Virus record (IMG/VR): IMGVR_UViG_3300030372_001717
Strand: one strand, 5' to 3'
Length of the DNA stretch: 20,000 nt
Origin: an uncultured virus (IMG/VR IMGVR_UViG_3300030372_001717)
Taxonomy: Duplodnaviria > Heunggongvirae > Uroviricota > Caudoviricetes
Below, piece by piece: positions 8,874-17,754 of this stretch (position 1 is its first letter; each line of letters opens with the position of its first letter). The notes beneath the pieces were generated by a model, which was not told the DNA's origin, searched no databases, and worked only from the letters and a program-made list of their open reading frames with translations. A program made the position numbers and the translations under genes.

Positions 8874-11800
8874 CTATCGTGCCGTTGCTGGCGTGGTTCC
8901 TGCAAAGGGGTGTTCTGCCCAAGCTCCAAATATCATGTCATCATCAGTTGTAACGATGCTGCCTAGATCACAGACAAATCCATTACTTATAATATCAATG
9001 TAAACACCAGAATTAGATGCTTCTGTGCCAGGATCATCCCATTTTACATATCTATAAGCTGGATTATTTGGATCACGGGCTATGTCCTGAACATACCAGC
9101 TATCGGCAGCACTTGTTCTTTTCAGAAAAATTAACGCTGGTGTAAATCCACATTCAACAAACGGGTCACCAGAACTGCCCGATGAAAATGATCCAAATTT
9201 TGAGAATCCTGGTACTTCTGCCCAGCAATATGCGATCATATCATCTGTGGATTTGTTGACATCAGTCGTTCCATCCACTGAAAAGACCGTGCTAGTTGGT
9301 GTAGTGTCCTGCCAGCGATCACCAGTCGTCGCTGCATTAGTAAGATCTAAAAAACTATGATGAGTATTACCCTGACCAACATGATAAACCGGCCAGTTGT
9401 TTCCTGCGCTGTCACGGTTTTTTACTACAATCCATTTTGGAACAGCCCCAAGTCCATGTCCTATCGTAGCATTAGCTCCAGAACCCGTCCAAGATACTAT
9501 AGAAAAGCCAGCCGTTTGATTGACACTAACAGTGCTTGTGATGCTGCCGTTTGAATTGCTTGAACCCGTAGTGTTATCAGCAAGCCATTGCCATGCGATC
9601 ATTGTCTTAGTGTTAGCGTTAGGGGCTGAGTTATTTCCACCACCTTGAAAACTAAACCCATCAGCGTCAAATGATTCAAATGCTTTATTCCCTGAACCTT
9701 CATCATCATTATGTTCTGAAAAATTTTGATTCGGGGTCAATCGTCTTGGATTAGTTGCATCGCTTCGTTGGACATCATATAAACTTGAATTAGGTGGATA
9801 AGACTCTCTACCCTGAAGCCATAAAAGATCTGGTTTAAATGTGCTATTACCAGTTTGATTGATTTCTTGTGTACTACCATTACCTGTATATAGTGTTGTT
9901 TGGAAATGAGCAGAGCCGTCTTCAATAGCGGGTGCTGATCCTGCAAAAGCATCTTTAGCTGTAAGACCCGTNNNNNNNNNNTCTGTGCCTGTAAATGAAA
10001 CAACATAGTAAGGCTCGTCTGCAAAACCCAAACTGCTATAAGTTGTGTCAAGGCTACCATTAAAATAATATCTAACAGTGGTCGAACCAATGGTAGACAT
10101 ATCAACTTCAAATGTAAGTCGTGAATTTGTTGTTGGCTTATTAGTTGGTGCAGTTAGTGAGCCATTATCAAATGCGGCGGTGTTTGACCCAGTGCCACCT
10201 GATTTAATCAGGCTAAATGTAAATTGATCATTTGTTCCAGTAAGAGGTGAAGCATCTGATGACCACATGCTATGGGGTACAAGAGCCAATTGGAATCTTG
10301 CATATGCGCTGGAGTGCATACTCTCAGTCACGGCCTCAAAGTGATATTTCTGCCCTGGCTGAAGCAATTGAGAAGCCGCTGCCATAATATCACCAGAGCT
10401 GCCACTTGTATGAGTCAGTGTTCTGTTGCCATTCGTAAATGTCCAATCACTTGCAACACCAGAAAAGCTGGTCTGATGACGGGTAATTAACGGTGAGAAA
10501 GTGGCTGCATTGGTCGTCGGGCTGTCAGTGGTCTGCGTGGGTGAATTCACTGTTATAAACCCGCTAGTACCTCCTACGTTTCCACCGTTTAATGTTGTAC
10601 TGCCATTAACCCATCTAAAGTATTCCCAATCAAGACTTGATGAACTTTGACCAATTAAAATACGTACTTCACTTGAACTAGTACCTGTAAATGTATGTCG
10701 TAAAGTTCCATCTTCAAAAACTTTAAACTCACTGCCTGACCGTTGAAACTTTACAACTTCACCGCTTGCTGCTGTAAAGATTGATGATGCTTCAGTAGAT
10801 GATCCTTTTAGTGCATTAACAGCATTGCCACTTGTAAAGAACAGATAAAAACTATCTGTCATAGAACCCATGCCACCATCTGACGAGCCACTAGAAAAAG
10901 TACCGTCTTCGTCAATTTCATAAACACCAACATAAGCTGGATTTGATCCACCCTTCCATGTAAAATCAAAAGCAAAATCACCAGTAAAAGTCTTGTTAGT
11001 TCTGATCGCTCCTTGGTTGCCACCAGTAGCAACTATGTCCGTATCAAGCGTACTAAAGTCTCCCGTGTCGCCGTTCCATTCAGACGCTGTTGTCATCGCT
11101 ACGCCAACGCCGCTTCCTGATTTGTAGTCTGCTCCAAGGTAATTGCTGTCTGTAAATGGGAGGTAAAATCCTTGATCTCCCGCACCTTGAGTAGGACTTA
11201 AAACAATACAAACAGTTCTAGCACGAGTATCGTTTGATGAAGGTGTACAAGTTACGGTAAAGTCACCACCAGTTGATTTTGCTGAAGATGCGCCAGATTG
11301 AACCACACCACTTCCAATCACCTGATCAACATTTTCTGTAACATCACTAGACCAACCATGTGTACGGCTACCAGTACCACCACGCCCAGCAAGAATAACA
11401 CTACCGTCTGGTATATCTGATAAAGTAAATGAAGCTGTTGAATCTGATGTTGTTTGCATATTAGATAAAAAATGATCACCTGTTACTGCCCAAGCGATAA
11501 CTCCGCACTGAGACATACCTGTGTTCCATGTGACAACAATATCCCCAGTTGTACCCGATGGAACGTCAGCCCTCCAAAGTTCAGAAACATAATATTGTGG
11601 TTCAACCGAGTTAGAAACATCAGATACTCTAGTAGCAGATACCCCACCAACCGTTAAAGAACTCACATCAGGGGCAGTAACTCCTGGTTCTTGCCCTGTT
11701 GCAAAAACATAAACAGAACGAGTAGAGGATGCTGTTCCTAATGCTACGCCGCTATAGGTATAAGTTGTGAGGGGATTAGCGTTTACCGCACTTGCCGAAT

Positions 11801-12488
11801 TAGCTATCGCTTCGGCTGTTGAGCTTACGGTAAAAAGATCGCTAGAACTAACATCTATAGGACGCCAAACACCATTATCATCTTTTTCACCAAAAGCTGT
11901 TGGGGCTAAACTCTGTCCGTCACAGTAAACGACTTCAGATATGTAGCCGTCCCAGTCATGTCCTGTCCCACCTGACCAACTACCAATTCTCCAGTCAGGA
12001 GTGTTTTGAAAAATGTCACCGTTTTCACTCGGATAAGTTGGAGTGCCATCAATGTCTGACACTAGTTCTCCATTGATATACAGTTTTACTCTGTTAGACG
12101 CTGTGTCTTGACTCGTATCTATCCGAACAACCGCATTATACCAAGCGTGCGGATCTCTGAAAACTCGCTCGGTTGTAATACTAGTGCCACCCGCCGCATT
12201 ACCGTTTACAAGCATTTTGTTGCTTGAGCCAAAAATCAAAAGCTCGATATTGGGCGAACTGCCGTCTCCGTGATTCCAAATTCTTAAATTGTTCCCGCTG
12301 GGAAAATTACCACGTTTAAACCAAACTGATATTGTGCCTATGTCTGCGCTTGAGGGATTAGATGATGAATCACCTGTATTTATTTTTCGCAGATACTTAT
12401 CATTATCGTCATCAAGCACCATACTGTTATTAATAGCAAAACCGCCAGAAGAAAAAGATAAAATACCAAGAGGAATAGAGTGAAGCAT
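8874..12488 (-). CDS. Mosaic tail fibre / receptor-binding protein with LamG (concanavalin A-like) and SPRY-like domains; contains an assembly gap
   Basis: LamG signature (TISVWFKR..RDPHAWYNAVVRIDT..VKLYING..GYISEV), SPRY-like segment and C-terminal YTGNG..FKPDLLW..AGFSIVSWTG..IGHGLGAVPKWIVVKNR module. True length and continuity are uncertain because of the Ns. Confidence 0.75.
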   Translation of the reverse strand: MLHSIPLGILSFSSGGFAINNSMVLDDDNDKYLRKINTGDSSSNPSSADIGTISVWFKRGNFPSGNNLRIWNHGDGSSPNIELLIFGSSNKMLVNGNAAGGTSITTERVFRDPHAWYNAVVRIDTSQDTASNRVKLYINGELVSDIDGTPTYPSENGDIFQNTPDWRIGSWSGGTGHDWDGYISEVVYCDGQSLAPTAFGEKDDNGVWRPIDVSSSDLFTVSSTAEAIANSASAVNANPLTTYTYSGVALGTASSTRSVYVFATGQEPGVTAPDVSSLTVGGVSATRVSDVSNSVEPQYYVSELWRADVPSGTTGDIVVTWNTGMSQCGVIAWAVTGDHFLSNMQTTSDSTASFTLSDIPDGSVILAGRGGTGSRTHGWSSDVTENVDQVIGSGVVQSGASSAKSTGGDFTVTCTPSSNDTRARTVCIVLSPTQGAGDQGFYLPFTDSNYLGADYKSGSGVGVAMTTASEWNGDTGDFSTLDTDIVATGGNQGAIRTNKTFTGDFAFDFTWKGGSNPAYVGVYEIDEDGTFSSGSSDGGMGSMTDSFYLFFTSGNAVNALKGSSTEASSIFTAASGEVVKFQRSGSEFKVFEDGTLRHTFTGTSSSEVRILIGQSSSSLDWEYFRWVNGSTTLNGGNVGGTSGFITVNSPTQTTDSPTTNAATFSPLITRHQTSFSGVASDWTFTNGNRTLTHTSGSSGDIMAAASQLLQPGQKYHFEAVTESMHSSAYARFQLALVPHSMWSSDASPLTGTNDQFTFSLIKSGGTGSNTAAFDNGSLTAPTNKPTTNSRLTFEVDMSTIGSTTVRYYFNGSLDTTYSSLGFADEPYYVVSFTGTXXXXTGLTAKDAFAGSAPAIEDGSAHFQTTLYTGNGSTQEINQTGNSTFKPDLLWLQGRESYPPNSSLYDVQRSDATNPRRLTPNQNFSEHNDDEGSGNKAFESFDADGFSFQGGGNNSAPNANTKTMIAWQWLADNTTGSSNSNGSITSTVSVNQTAGFSIVSWTGSGANATIGHGLGAVPKWIVVKNRDSAGNNWPVYHVGQGNTHHSFLDLTNAATTGDRWQDTTPTSTVFSVDGTTDVNKSTDDMIAYCWAEVPGFSKFGSFSSGSSGDPFVECGFTPALIFLKRTSAADSWYVQDIARDPNNPAYRYVKWDDPGTEASNSGVYIDIISNGFVCDLGSIVTTDDDMIFGAWAEHPFAGTTPATAR
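9972..9981. other. Scaffold gap (10 N)
   Basis: Run of ten N bases seen directly; true gap size unknown. Confidence 0.98.
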
Positions 12489-14879
12489 TTAACTTACGCC
12501 ACCATGATTACCTATAAGAAGCCACGTATCAGTAGCTATTTTTAAACAAGACGCTGAAGCGTACTGTGCAGCTATCGCACCTGAACCTGTGCTTACACCG
12601 TTTACGGTTACACCACTACCACCTGTAATGGTAGTTGTTCCAGAACCTAACATTACTACATCAATTCTATCACCTACTGCAAAAGCTACACTAGAGTTAG
12701 GAGGTATTGTTAAAGTATTAGAACTTGCGTTACTCATTGTTACTGTTTTAAACGCATCACCAATAACTAATGTATACGATGTTCCTGTTTGAGCATTAAC
12801 GGCACCAGCTATTTTAGCAGGAGTTACAGCGTTATCTTGAATATCCGCTGTTTCAATTGTATCAGCAGGCAGTACAGGAACTTGACTAAATGTAACTACA
12901 CCGTTAGATGCTATAGCAATTGCATCTGTATCACTTGTATGCCCAATGTTTGTGCCGTTAATAATAATGTCGTCTACGGTAAGAGTAGTCAGAGTACCAA
13001 GAGAAGTAATGTTACTTTGAGCGGAACCTGTAACAGTAGCTGCTGTACCACTGACGTTACCAGTTACGTTACCAGTTAAGTCTCCTTCAAATACTGCATT
13101 AATTGTTCCTACAGAACCACTAACAACTTCACTAGATATACTTGCATCAGGTATAAATTTAAGTTTATAAGAGTCGTTATCATCAATACCAAGAAATGCA
13201 GTTTTTGCTGCACTACCTGTATGATATTGCATTGCGATACCTACGTCTTTATTGGTATCTGATCCTAGCACACCACCATCAGATGCTGTTTGTAGGGTAA
13301 TAATAGGATCAACAACGGCCAGTGTCGTTGTGTCAAGTGTTGTAGTTGTGCCGTTAACAGTAAAATTACCCGTCACTGTAAGATTCTGTGACATAGATAC
13401 ATTGCCGCTAGAATCAATAGCCATAGAATCTGTATCACTAGCAGAGCCAATATTACCACCATCAGGTATAACAAGACCACCTGCACTTAGTGTGAGAACA
13501 CCCGCACCAGACAATTGCATTTTAGAAGCAGGAGTATCAGTGTTGGCAGCTTTTGTTTTAAAATCAATAGAAGATGTGCCAGTTCCATCACCACCACCTG
13601 AAGACAGTGTGAGATTACCGCCGTTTACGTTATTAGAGCCTGTAGCACTAGAACCAGCAGCAACCGTCAGATTTTTACCTGCTGTTGTGCTAGTAGTAGA
13701 GGCTACACCAATTTCCCAGTTAGCTCCGTTAGTAAACGTTACACCACCATCATCTATCTGTACAATATCTGTACCGTCTACATCAAAAAGTATCTTACCA
13801 GCATCTCCACCAGTATCGGCGGTTGCTGTAGATATTTCTAGATAGTTAAGTGTCTGTGCGCTGGAATCAAATACAGCTTGTATCATTCCTTTCTCAGCGT
13901 CTGCACCACCTATAGATATAGATGGACTACCATCGTTTACATCTTCTAGAAGTTTAAGATCAGAGCCATCAAAGGTAAGGTGATCTTCACCTGCAAGGGC
14001 GTTAGCACCAGTAACTGTAGCTATTGTATTGTCAGTGCTTCCAGTAAGAGAAACGTTGTTAAGTGAACTTAAACCATCTAGAAGGTTCAATTCTGTAGCA
14101 GTAGACGTAACAAGAGTGCCACCTAGTTTAAGACCACCCGCTGCACCATCGTGTGTGATAATATCTACTGTGATATCAGTATCAGTACCTGCACCTAATA
14201 TTGAAAGACCTTTAGTAAGAGTGCCATCATTCTCTGCAACAAAAAAGTCTATGCCGCCTTGTTCACCACCAGCGGTAACATCTACAATGGTAGATTGTAT
14301 GCGTCCGTATGTTGTAGCAGCGTTTCCTGCATCTTCACTCAAAAAATCTATGTTGCCAATTACATCGTTTGTTGCTGGGCTGCTTCCGTCTTTTTTAAAT
14401 TTAAGTGTTGCACTGTTAGCATCTGCGTTACTGTTAAACAACGTTAGAACAGGTTTGGCAGAGGTTGCACTTTCGATGGCCATATCTGATCCTGTCAATA
14501 CAAGATCATTATCGCCATCTTCATCGTATTCTATTGTCCATTCTGAGCCAGTTCCAAAGATAAGTTTTTCATCATCTGCGATCATAACATCGTCAGAATA
14601 CTTAAACATATCCTCATCTTCTAACCACGTTAGAACACCGTCATTATTTTCCCCGTCAAACGTTACGGTAATGTCTGTTCCTGCAGTTCCTGCGCCTAGC
14701 GTGATAGAGTTACTACCTGCTAACTTTGATAGTCCACCACCATTACCTGCTGTTCCATCGTGTGTGTGACCGCTTGTACCAAAGGCTGTTACAATTGCAT
14801 CAAACTCGTTATTAGAGTCAGACGCATTAATTGTATCGCCAGTTGTATACGTGCTTTGTCGTGATGCATATCCCGCCAT
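12489..14879 (-). CDS. Tail fibre protein (796 aa), HMO-2011-like N-terminal anchor
   Basis: N-terminus MAGYASRQS..GDTINASDSNNEFD..GHTHDGT, T/G/S/D-rich shaft, C-terminal module VNAQTGTSYTLV..TLTIPPNSSVAFAVG..TWLLIG; TAATG-coupled to nozzle #1. Confidence 0.8.
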   Translation of the reverse strand: MAGYASRQSTYTTGDTINASDSNNEFDAIVTAFGTSGHTHDGTAGNGGGLSKLAGSNSITLGAGTAGTDITVTFDGENNDGVLTWLEDEDMFKYSDDVMIADDEKLIFGTGSEWTIEYDEDGDNDLVLTGSDMAIESATSAKPVLTLFNSNADANSATLKFKKDGSSPATNDVIGNIDFLSEDAGNAATTYGRIQSTIVDVTAGGEQGGIDFFVAENDGTLTKGLSILGAGTDTDITVDIITHDGAAGGLKLGGTLVTSTATELNLLDGLSSLNNVSLTGSTDNTIATVTGANALAGEDHLTFDGSDLKLLEDVNDGSPSISIGGADAEKGMIQAVFDSSAQTLNYLEISTATADTGGDAGKILFDVDGTDIVQIDDGGVTFTNGANWEIGVASTTSTTAGKNLTVAAGSSATGSNNVNGGNLTLSSGGGDGTGTSSIDFKTKAANTDTPASKMQLSGAGVLTLSAGGLVIPDGGNIGSASDTDSMAIDSSGNVSMSQNLTVTGNFTVNGTTTTLDTTTLAVVDPIITLQTASDGGVLGSDTNKDVGIAMQYHTGSAAKTAFLGIDDNDSYKLKFIPDASISSEVVSGSVGTINAVFEGDLTGNVTGNVSGTAATVTGSAQSNITSLGTLTTLTVDDIIINGTNIGHTSDTDAIAIASNGVVTFSQVPVLPADTIETADIQDNAVTPAKIAGAVNAQTGTSYTLVIGDAFKTVTMSNASSNTLTIPPNSSVAFAVGDRIDVVMLGSGTTTITGGSGVTVNGVSTGSGAIAAQYASASCLKIATDTWLLIGNHGGVS
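12882..13454 (-). repeat. Two copies of an internal fibre repeat (NIGSASDTDSMAIDSSGNVSMSQ / NIGHTSDTDAIAIASNGVVTFSQ)
   Basis: Protein-level repeat at about 13386-13454 and 12882-12950. Confidence 0.7.
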
Positions 14880-16390
14880 TACATTCTAGCCCCTGGAGTA
14901 AATTCTAGTTCAAATCCTTTTAGTGTTATAGGAGGATTACCTGATTCGTCTTCAACTCTTATAACTACTGTAAACCCACTACCCTCTACACTTTGTCGAA
15001 CAATGGGTATTCCTGTTGCACCGTACACGGACGTATCATAGGTTCCTGTTCCGTATACAGCGGCTGTGCTTTGTGTTGTTAAAGTATAAGCTGCAGGTTG
15101 CGGAGAACTTGCATCTTCAAAGTCATACTTTACAAATAGAGATGCGTTAACGCTTCCCTCTGTATCAAAGTTAAGATTGATACGTTGCATGTTTTTGCGT
15201 ATACCCGCATCTCCCATAGTGAGGTCAGGAGAACGGTATATCGCTCTTATGTTTGTGCCATCAAAATCGTTACCTAGTTCCTGTCTAAAAACATAACCAT
15301 CAAAACTACCATGCACTACAGTTTCATTGGCTCCTATAAAATCAGAGTCAGCAGAAGCTGCTTTAACACCTTTTAAATCTGCGTATTCCCACCCTATCTG
15401 TCCTTGTGGGTTTGACTTGATAACGCCTATAATACCTTGTGCGCTGGCTTCTGAACCGCCTATGGTTGGGTAAAACAAGCGGTACTGGCTTTTGGTTCTA
15501 ATAACAGTAGAACATATATTATCAAAACCAATCTCATTAATACGTTGTTGTATTTGTTTTGATACAGTTCCTAGTTCTACGTCACCAATTCTAGCAGTAC
15601 CAGCAATTGTACGTAGACCGTCTGGTGCTAGAAAGATTAAGTCACCACCTATTTCCTGCACACTGTTGCCATCGCTACAACCAATGTTACGAGACACTGG
15701 TGCAATTGCAAAGTCAGAACTAGAACTACCTGTTAGTTTAAATATTCTGTCTTTGCCAAAGATAATAAGTGACTCACGAAACGATTTAAGAGCAACAACT
15801 TCCGTATCTACTTTTACGTTACCTGAACCTGTGCCTGTATAATCAGTTTCATCAAACGGTACTGTAAACTGAACCTGTTGTTTTGCAGCAGAGGCACCAG
15901 CATAGAAGATATGGTTTTTAAATGCTGCTACTGATGTAGCGTTAGCTGGTGCGCCTGAAGCGTTTAGCGCGGTCAGTACACCGCCAGTAGTATATCTTGC
16001 TGGTGTGTTAGCACCATCGACCCATATAATAGAGTCCGTTCCGTTAAAGTTATATTTTTCAAAACGTGGTCTATTAGGTGTATTGGATTGAGTACCGATA
16101 GAAGACCAAGCACCTCCTGTTCCAAACTTAACCGCTGTGCCAGAAATTGCTATAACACCGCTGTTAAATACAGCTACACCCGTAACCTTATTACTCCCGT
16201 TAACTTGACCAGAGGCAAACTTAGTTGTTCCATCTATACGTCTATAACCACCCTTAACAGATGGCTCGTAATTTTGTAGTATACTAGCAGCACCCACAGG
16301 CATTGTGTACACATCACGGTCTAGAACAAGACCTCCTGACGTTGTAACAACGTAGGGTGATATATACTCAGGTGCGGTTATTTGTGCCAT
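14879..16390 (-). CDS. Tail nozzle / tubular protein B (stabilization protein) #1, HMO-2011-like, 503 aa
   Basis: GGLVL..LQNYEPSVKGGYRRIDG start, IGC..SVQEIGGDLIFLAPDGLRTIAGTARIGDVELGTVS core, KSQYRLF; lies between adaptor and fibre genes. Confidence 0.8.
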   Translation of the reverse strand: MAQITAPEYISPYVVTTSGGLVLDRDVYTMPVGAASILQNYEPSVKGGYRRIDGTTKFASGQVNGSNKVTGVAVFNSGVIAISGTAVKFGTGGAWSSIGTQSNTPNRPRFEKYNFNGTDSIIWVDGANTPARYTTGGVLTALNASGAPANATSVAAFKNHIFYAGASAAKQQVQFTVPFDETDYTGTGSGNVKVDTEVVALKSFRESLIIFGKDRIFKLTGSSSSDFAIAPVSRNIGCSDGNSVQEIGGDLIFLAPDGLRTIAGTARIGDVELGTVSKQIQQRINEIGFDNICSTVIRTKSQYRLFYPTIGGSEASAQGIIGVIKSNPQGQIGWEYADLKGVKAASADSDFIGANETVVHGSFDGYVFRQELGNDFDGTNIRAIYRSPDLTMGDAGIRKNMQRINLNFDTEGSVNASLFVKYDFEDASSPQPAAYTLTTQSTAAVYGTGTYDTSVYGATGIPIVRQSVEGSGFTVVIRVEDESGNPPITLKGFELEFTPGARM

Positions 16391-16505
16391 TTAGTTTCTT
16401 CAATCTCTTTTGCCTAGCTATCCACATCTTAACAAGCTCTGGATCACGCTCTTGTTTTGTTGCACTGTGAGAGTATTTACCTTTCTTGTTCTGAATTTTA
16501 GCCAC
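16368..16505 (-). CDS. Possible small basic protein (45 aa)
   Basis: GTG at 16505 overlaps the adaptor TAG. VAKIQNKKGKYSHSATKQERDPELVKMWIARQKRLKKLNGTNNRT fills the 114-nt gap and overlaps the nozzle start by 23 nt. Confidence 0.5.
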   Translation of the reverse strand: MAKIQNKKGKYSHSATKQERDPELVKMWIARQKRLKKLNGTNNRT

Positions 16506-17596
16506 TACGTGTTTACCTTGATAAGTTTACCAGAGGAACGTAAGCCCCGTGCGTACATGTAATTCTTTCTGTTTAGAAGCTCGACACGCATACGCTTGAT
16601 ACCTTCAAAGTAATCTTTCTCTGCTGCTTCCTTACCAGCAACATTGGCTCTCATCATGTACGTGTAATACTTTGCTCTGTTAACGATGATGTCGTGAAAC
16701 CTAACAGGCAATGTAGGAATATCTGTGTATGCAGATAAATCAGTGTGTGTTTGGTAGTATTGATACGACACACTTAACACACGATTAGGAATAGGAGACA
16801 AACCGTACTTTTCATCATTTGTTTTATACACATAATGTGGTAACGCAAACTGATTGGTAGATGTTTGGTCTAGGTCTGTTTCTGAAAAAGTTTCAAACCA
16901 CTCATCGTGTGAGATGTAACGTAGTTTGTGTGGTTGTTCGTTCTCAACAGTCTCTATTGTATCCACCTCTGCTTCACTACCGCTTGACTCAGCAAGACCA
17001 ATATATGTTGTCGTAGCTGTAGCCGTAAACCTGTTAACTTGCCACTCACCATCTCCCGCATCAGTAACGCTCAGTGTGGCACTAAGATTCTGTGTTCCTC
17101 CAGAAGATGTGCCTACCTTTAGTGTTACATCATTAGAGAACGTGCGTGTTCTAACCACATACTCTTTGTTAATGATAGTCTGAATAGTTTGTGTTACCTC
17201 TGCACTTGATAGCCGTAAAGCTCCAACCACAGAGGCACCTGAGTTTGTAGTCTCAACTTTTATTGGTGATCCCGATACTACGGTCCAGTTAAGTATGTTA
17301 GTGTTAAACGTTCCGTTAGTAATTAAATTTTTAGGACGCAACATAAATGTGTCCCAATCAATCTTACGGAAGTCAGAGGGAAGTGAGTATTCCTGTGTAC
17401 CAGCAATTATGTCATCAGTTCTATTTGCAATCAAATAAGGCCACTCAATCTCTGCATTGTAGATGTCGTTAATGGCTTTATTTACAACATTTTTTACTGT
17501 CGTTTGTACGCCCCTTGACGAACCAAAAGTTGTAGCGGTAAGCTCTATTTCATTTAGTTCATTGAGAACATTATTTACAATAGTAAGATAATTCAT
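16505..17596 (-). CDS. Tail adaptor / tubular protein A with internal CBM-like insertion (363 aa)
   Basis: MNYLTIVNNVLNELNE..VNKAINDIYNAEIEWPY..AGTQEYSLP start and GLSPIP..DLSAYTDIPTLPVRFHDIIV end; directly upstream of the nozzle. Confidence 0.8.
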   Translation of the reverse strand: MNYLTIVNNVLNELNEIELTATTFGSSRGVQTTVKNVVNKAINDIYNAEIEWPYLIANRTDDIIAGTQEYSLPSDFRKIDWDTFMLRPKNLITNGTFNTNILNWTVVSGSPIKVETTNSGASVVGALRLSSAEVTQTIQTIINKEYVVRTRTFSNDVTLKVGTSSGGTQNLSATLSVTDAGDGEWQVNRFTATATTTYIGLAESSGSEAEVDTIETVENEQPHKLRYISHDEWFETFSETDLDQTSTNQFALPHYVYKTNDEKYGLSPIPNRVLSVSYQYYQTHTDLSAYTDIPTLPVRFHDIIVNRAKYYTYMMRANVAGKEAAEKDYFEGIKRMRVELLNRKNYMYARGLRSSGKLIKVNT

Positions 17597-17754
17597 TATT
17601 CCTCACAATCATCGCAACGACAAGTTTTACAAACCTCTACTTGCTGGCTTCCAGTGTCACTACTATGATTTCTAAAAGATCGTACTGTTGACAAAGTTTT
17701 AGTAAGTCTATCGCCACAATGAGAGTCATATCCACAATTACTACATTTGGCCAT
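17596..17754 (-). CDS. Small Cys/His-rich putative metal-binding protein (52 aa)
   Basis: Below the ORF-track cutoff. MAKCSNCGYDSHCGDRLTKTLSTVRSFRNHSSDTGSQQVEVCKTCRCDDCEE; TGATG overlap at start and TAATG overlap at end. Confidence 0.8.
   Translation of the reverse strand: MAKCSNCGYDSHCGDRLTKTLSTVRSFRNHSSDTGSQQVEVCKTCRCDDCEE

Noticed and set aside
8874..9400. Diversity-generating retroelement target at the fibre C-terminus
   Set aside because: No reverse transcriptase and no template/variable repeat pair noticed in the window.
9737..10111. 124-aa minus-strand ORF crossing the N gap
   Set aside because: Alternative frame inside the fibre gene; the recognisable motifs on both sides of the gap are in the main frame.
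13252..14769. Long plus-strand ORFs (197 aa and 246 aa)
   Set aside because: Antisense shadows of the T/G/D-rich tail fibre; S/P/V-rich translations with no recognisable motifs. The same applies to the other short plus-strand ORFs in the track.
15030..15070. AVYGTGTYDTSVYG short repeat in nozzle #1
   Set aside because: Recalled as an ordinary C-terminal feature of this nozzle family; not a DNA-level repeat.
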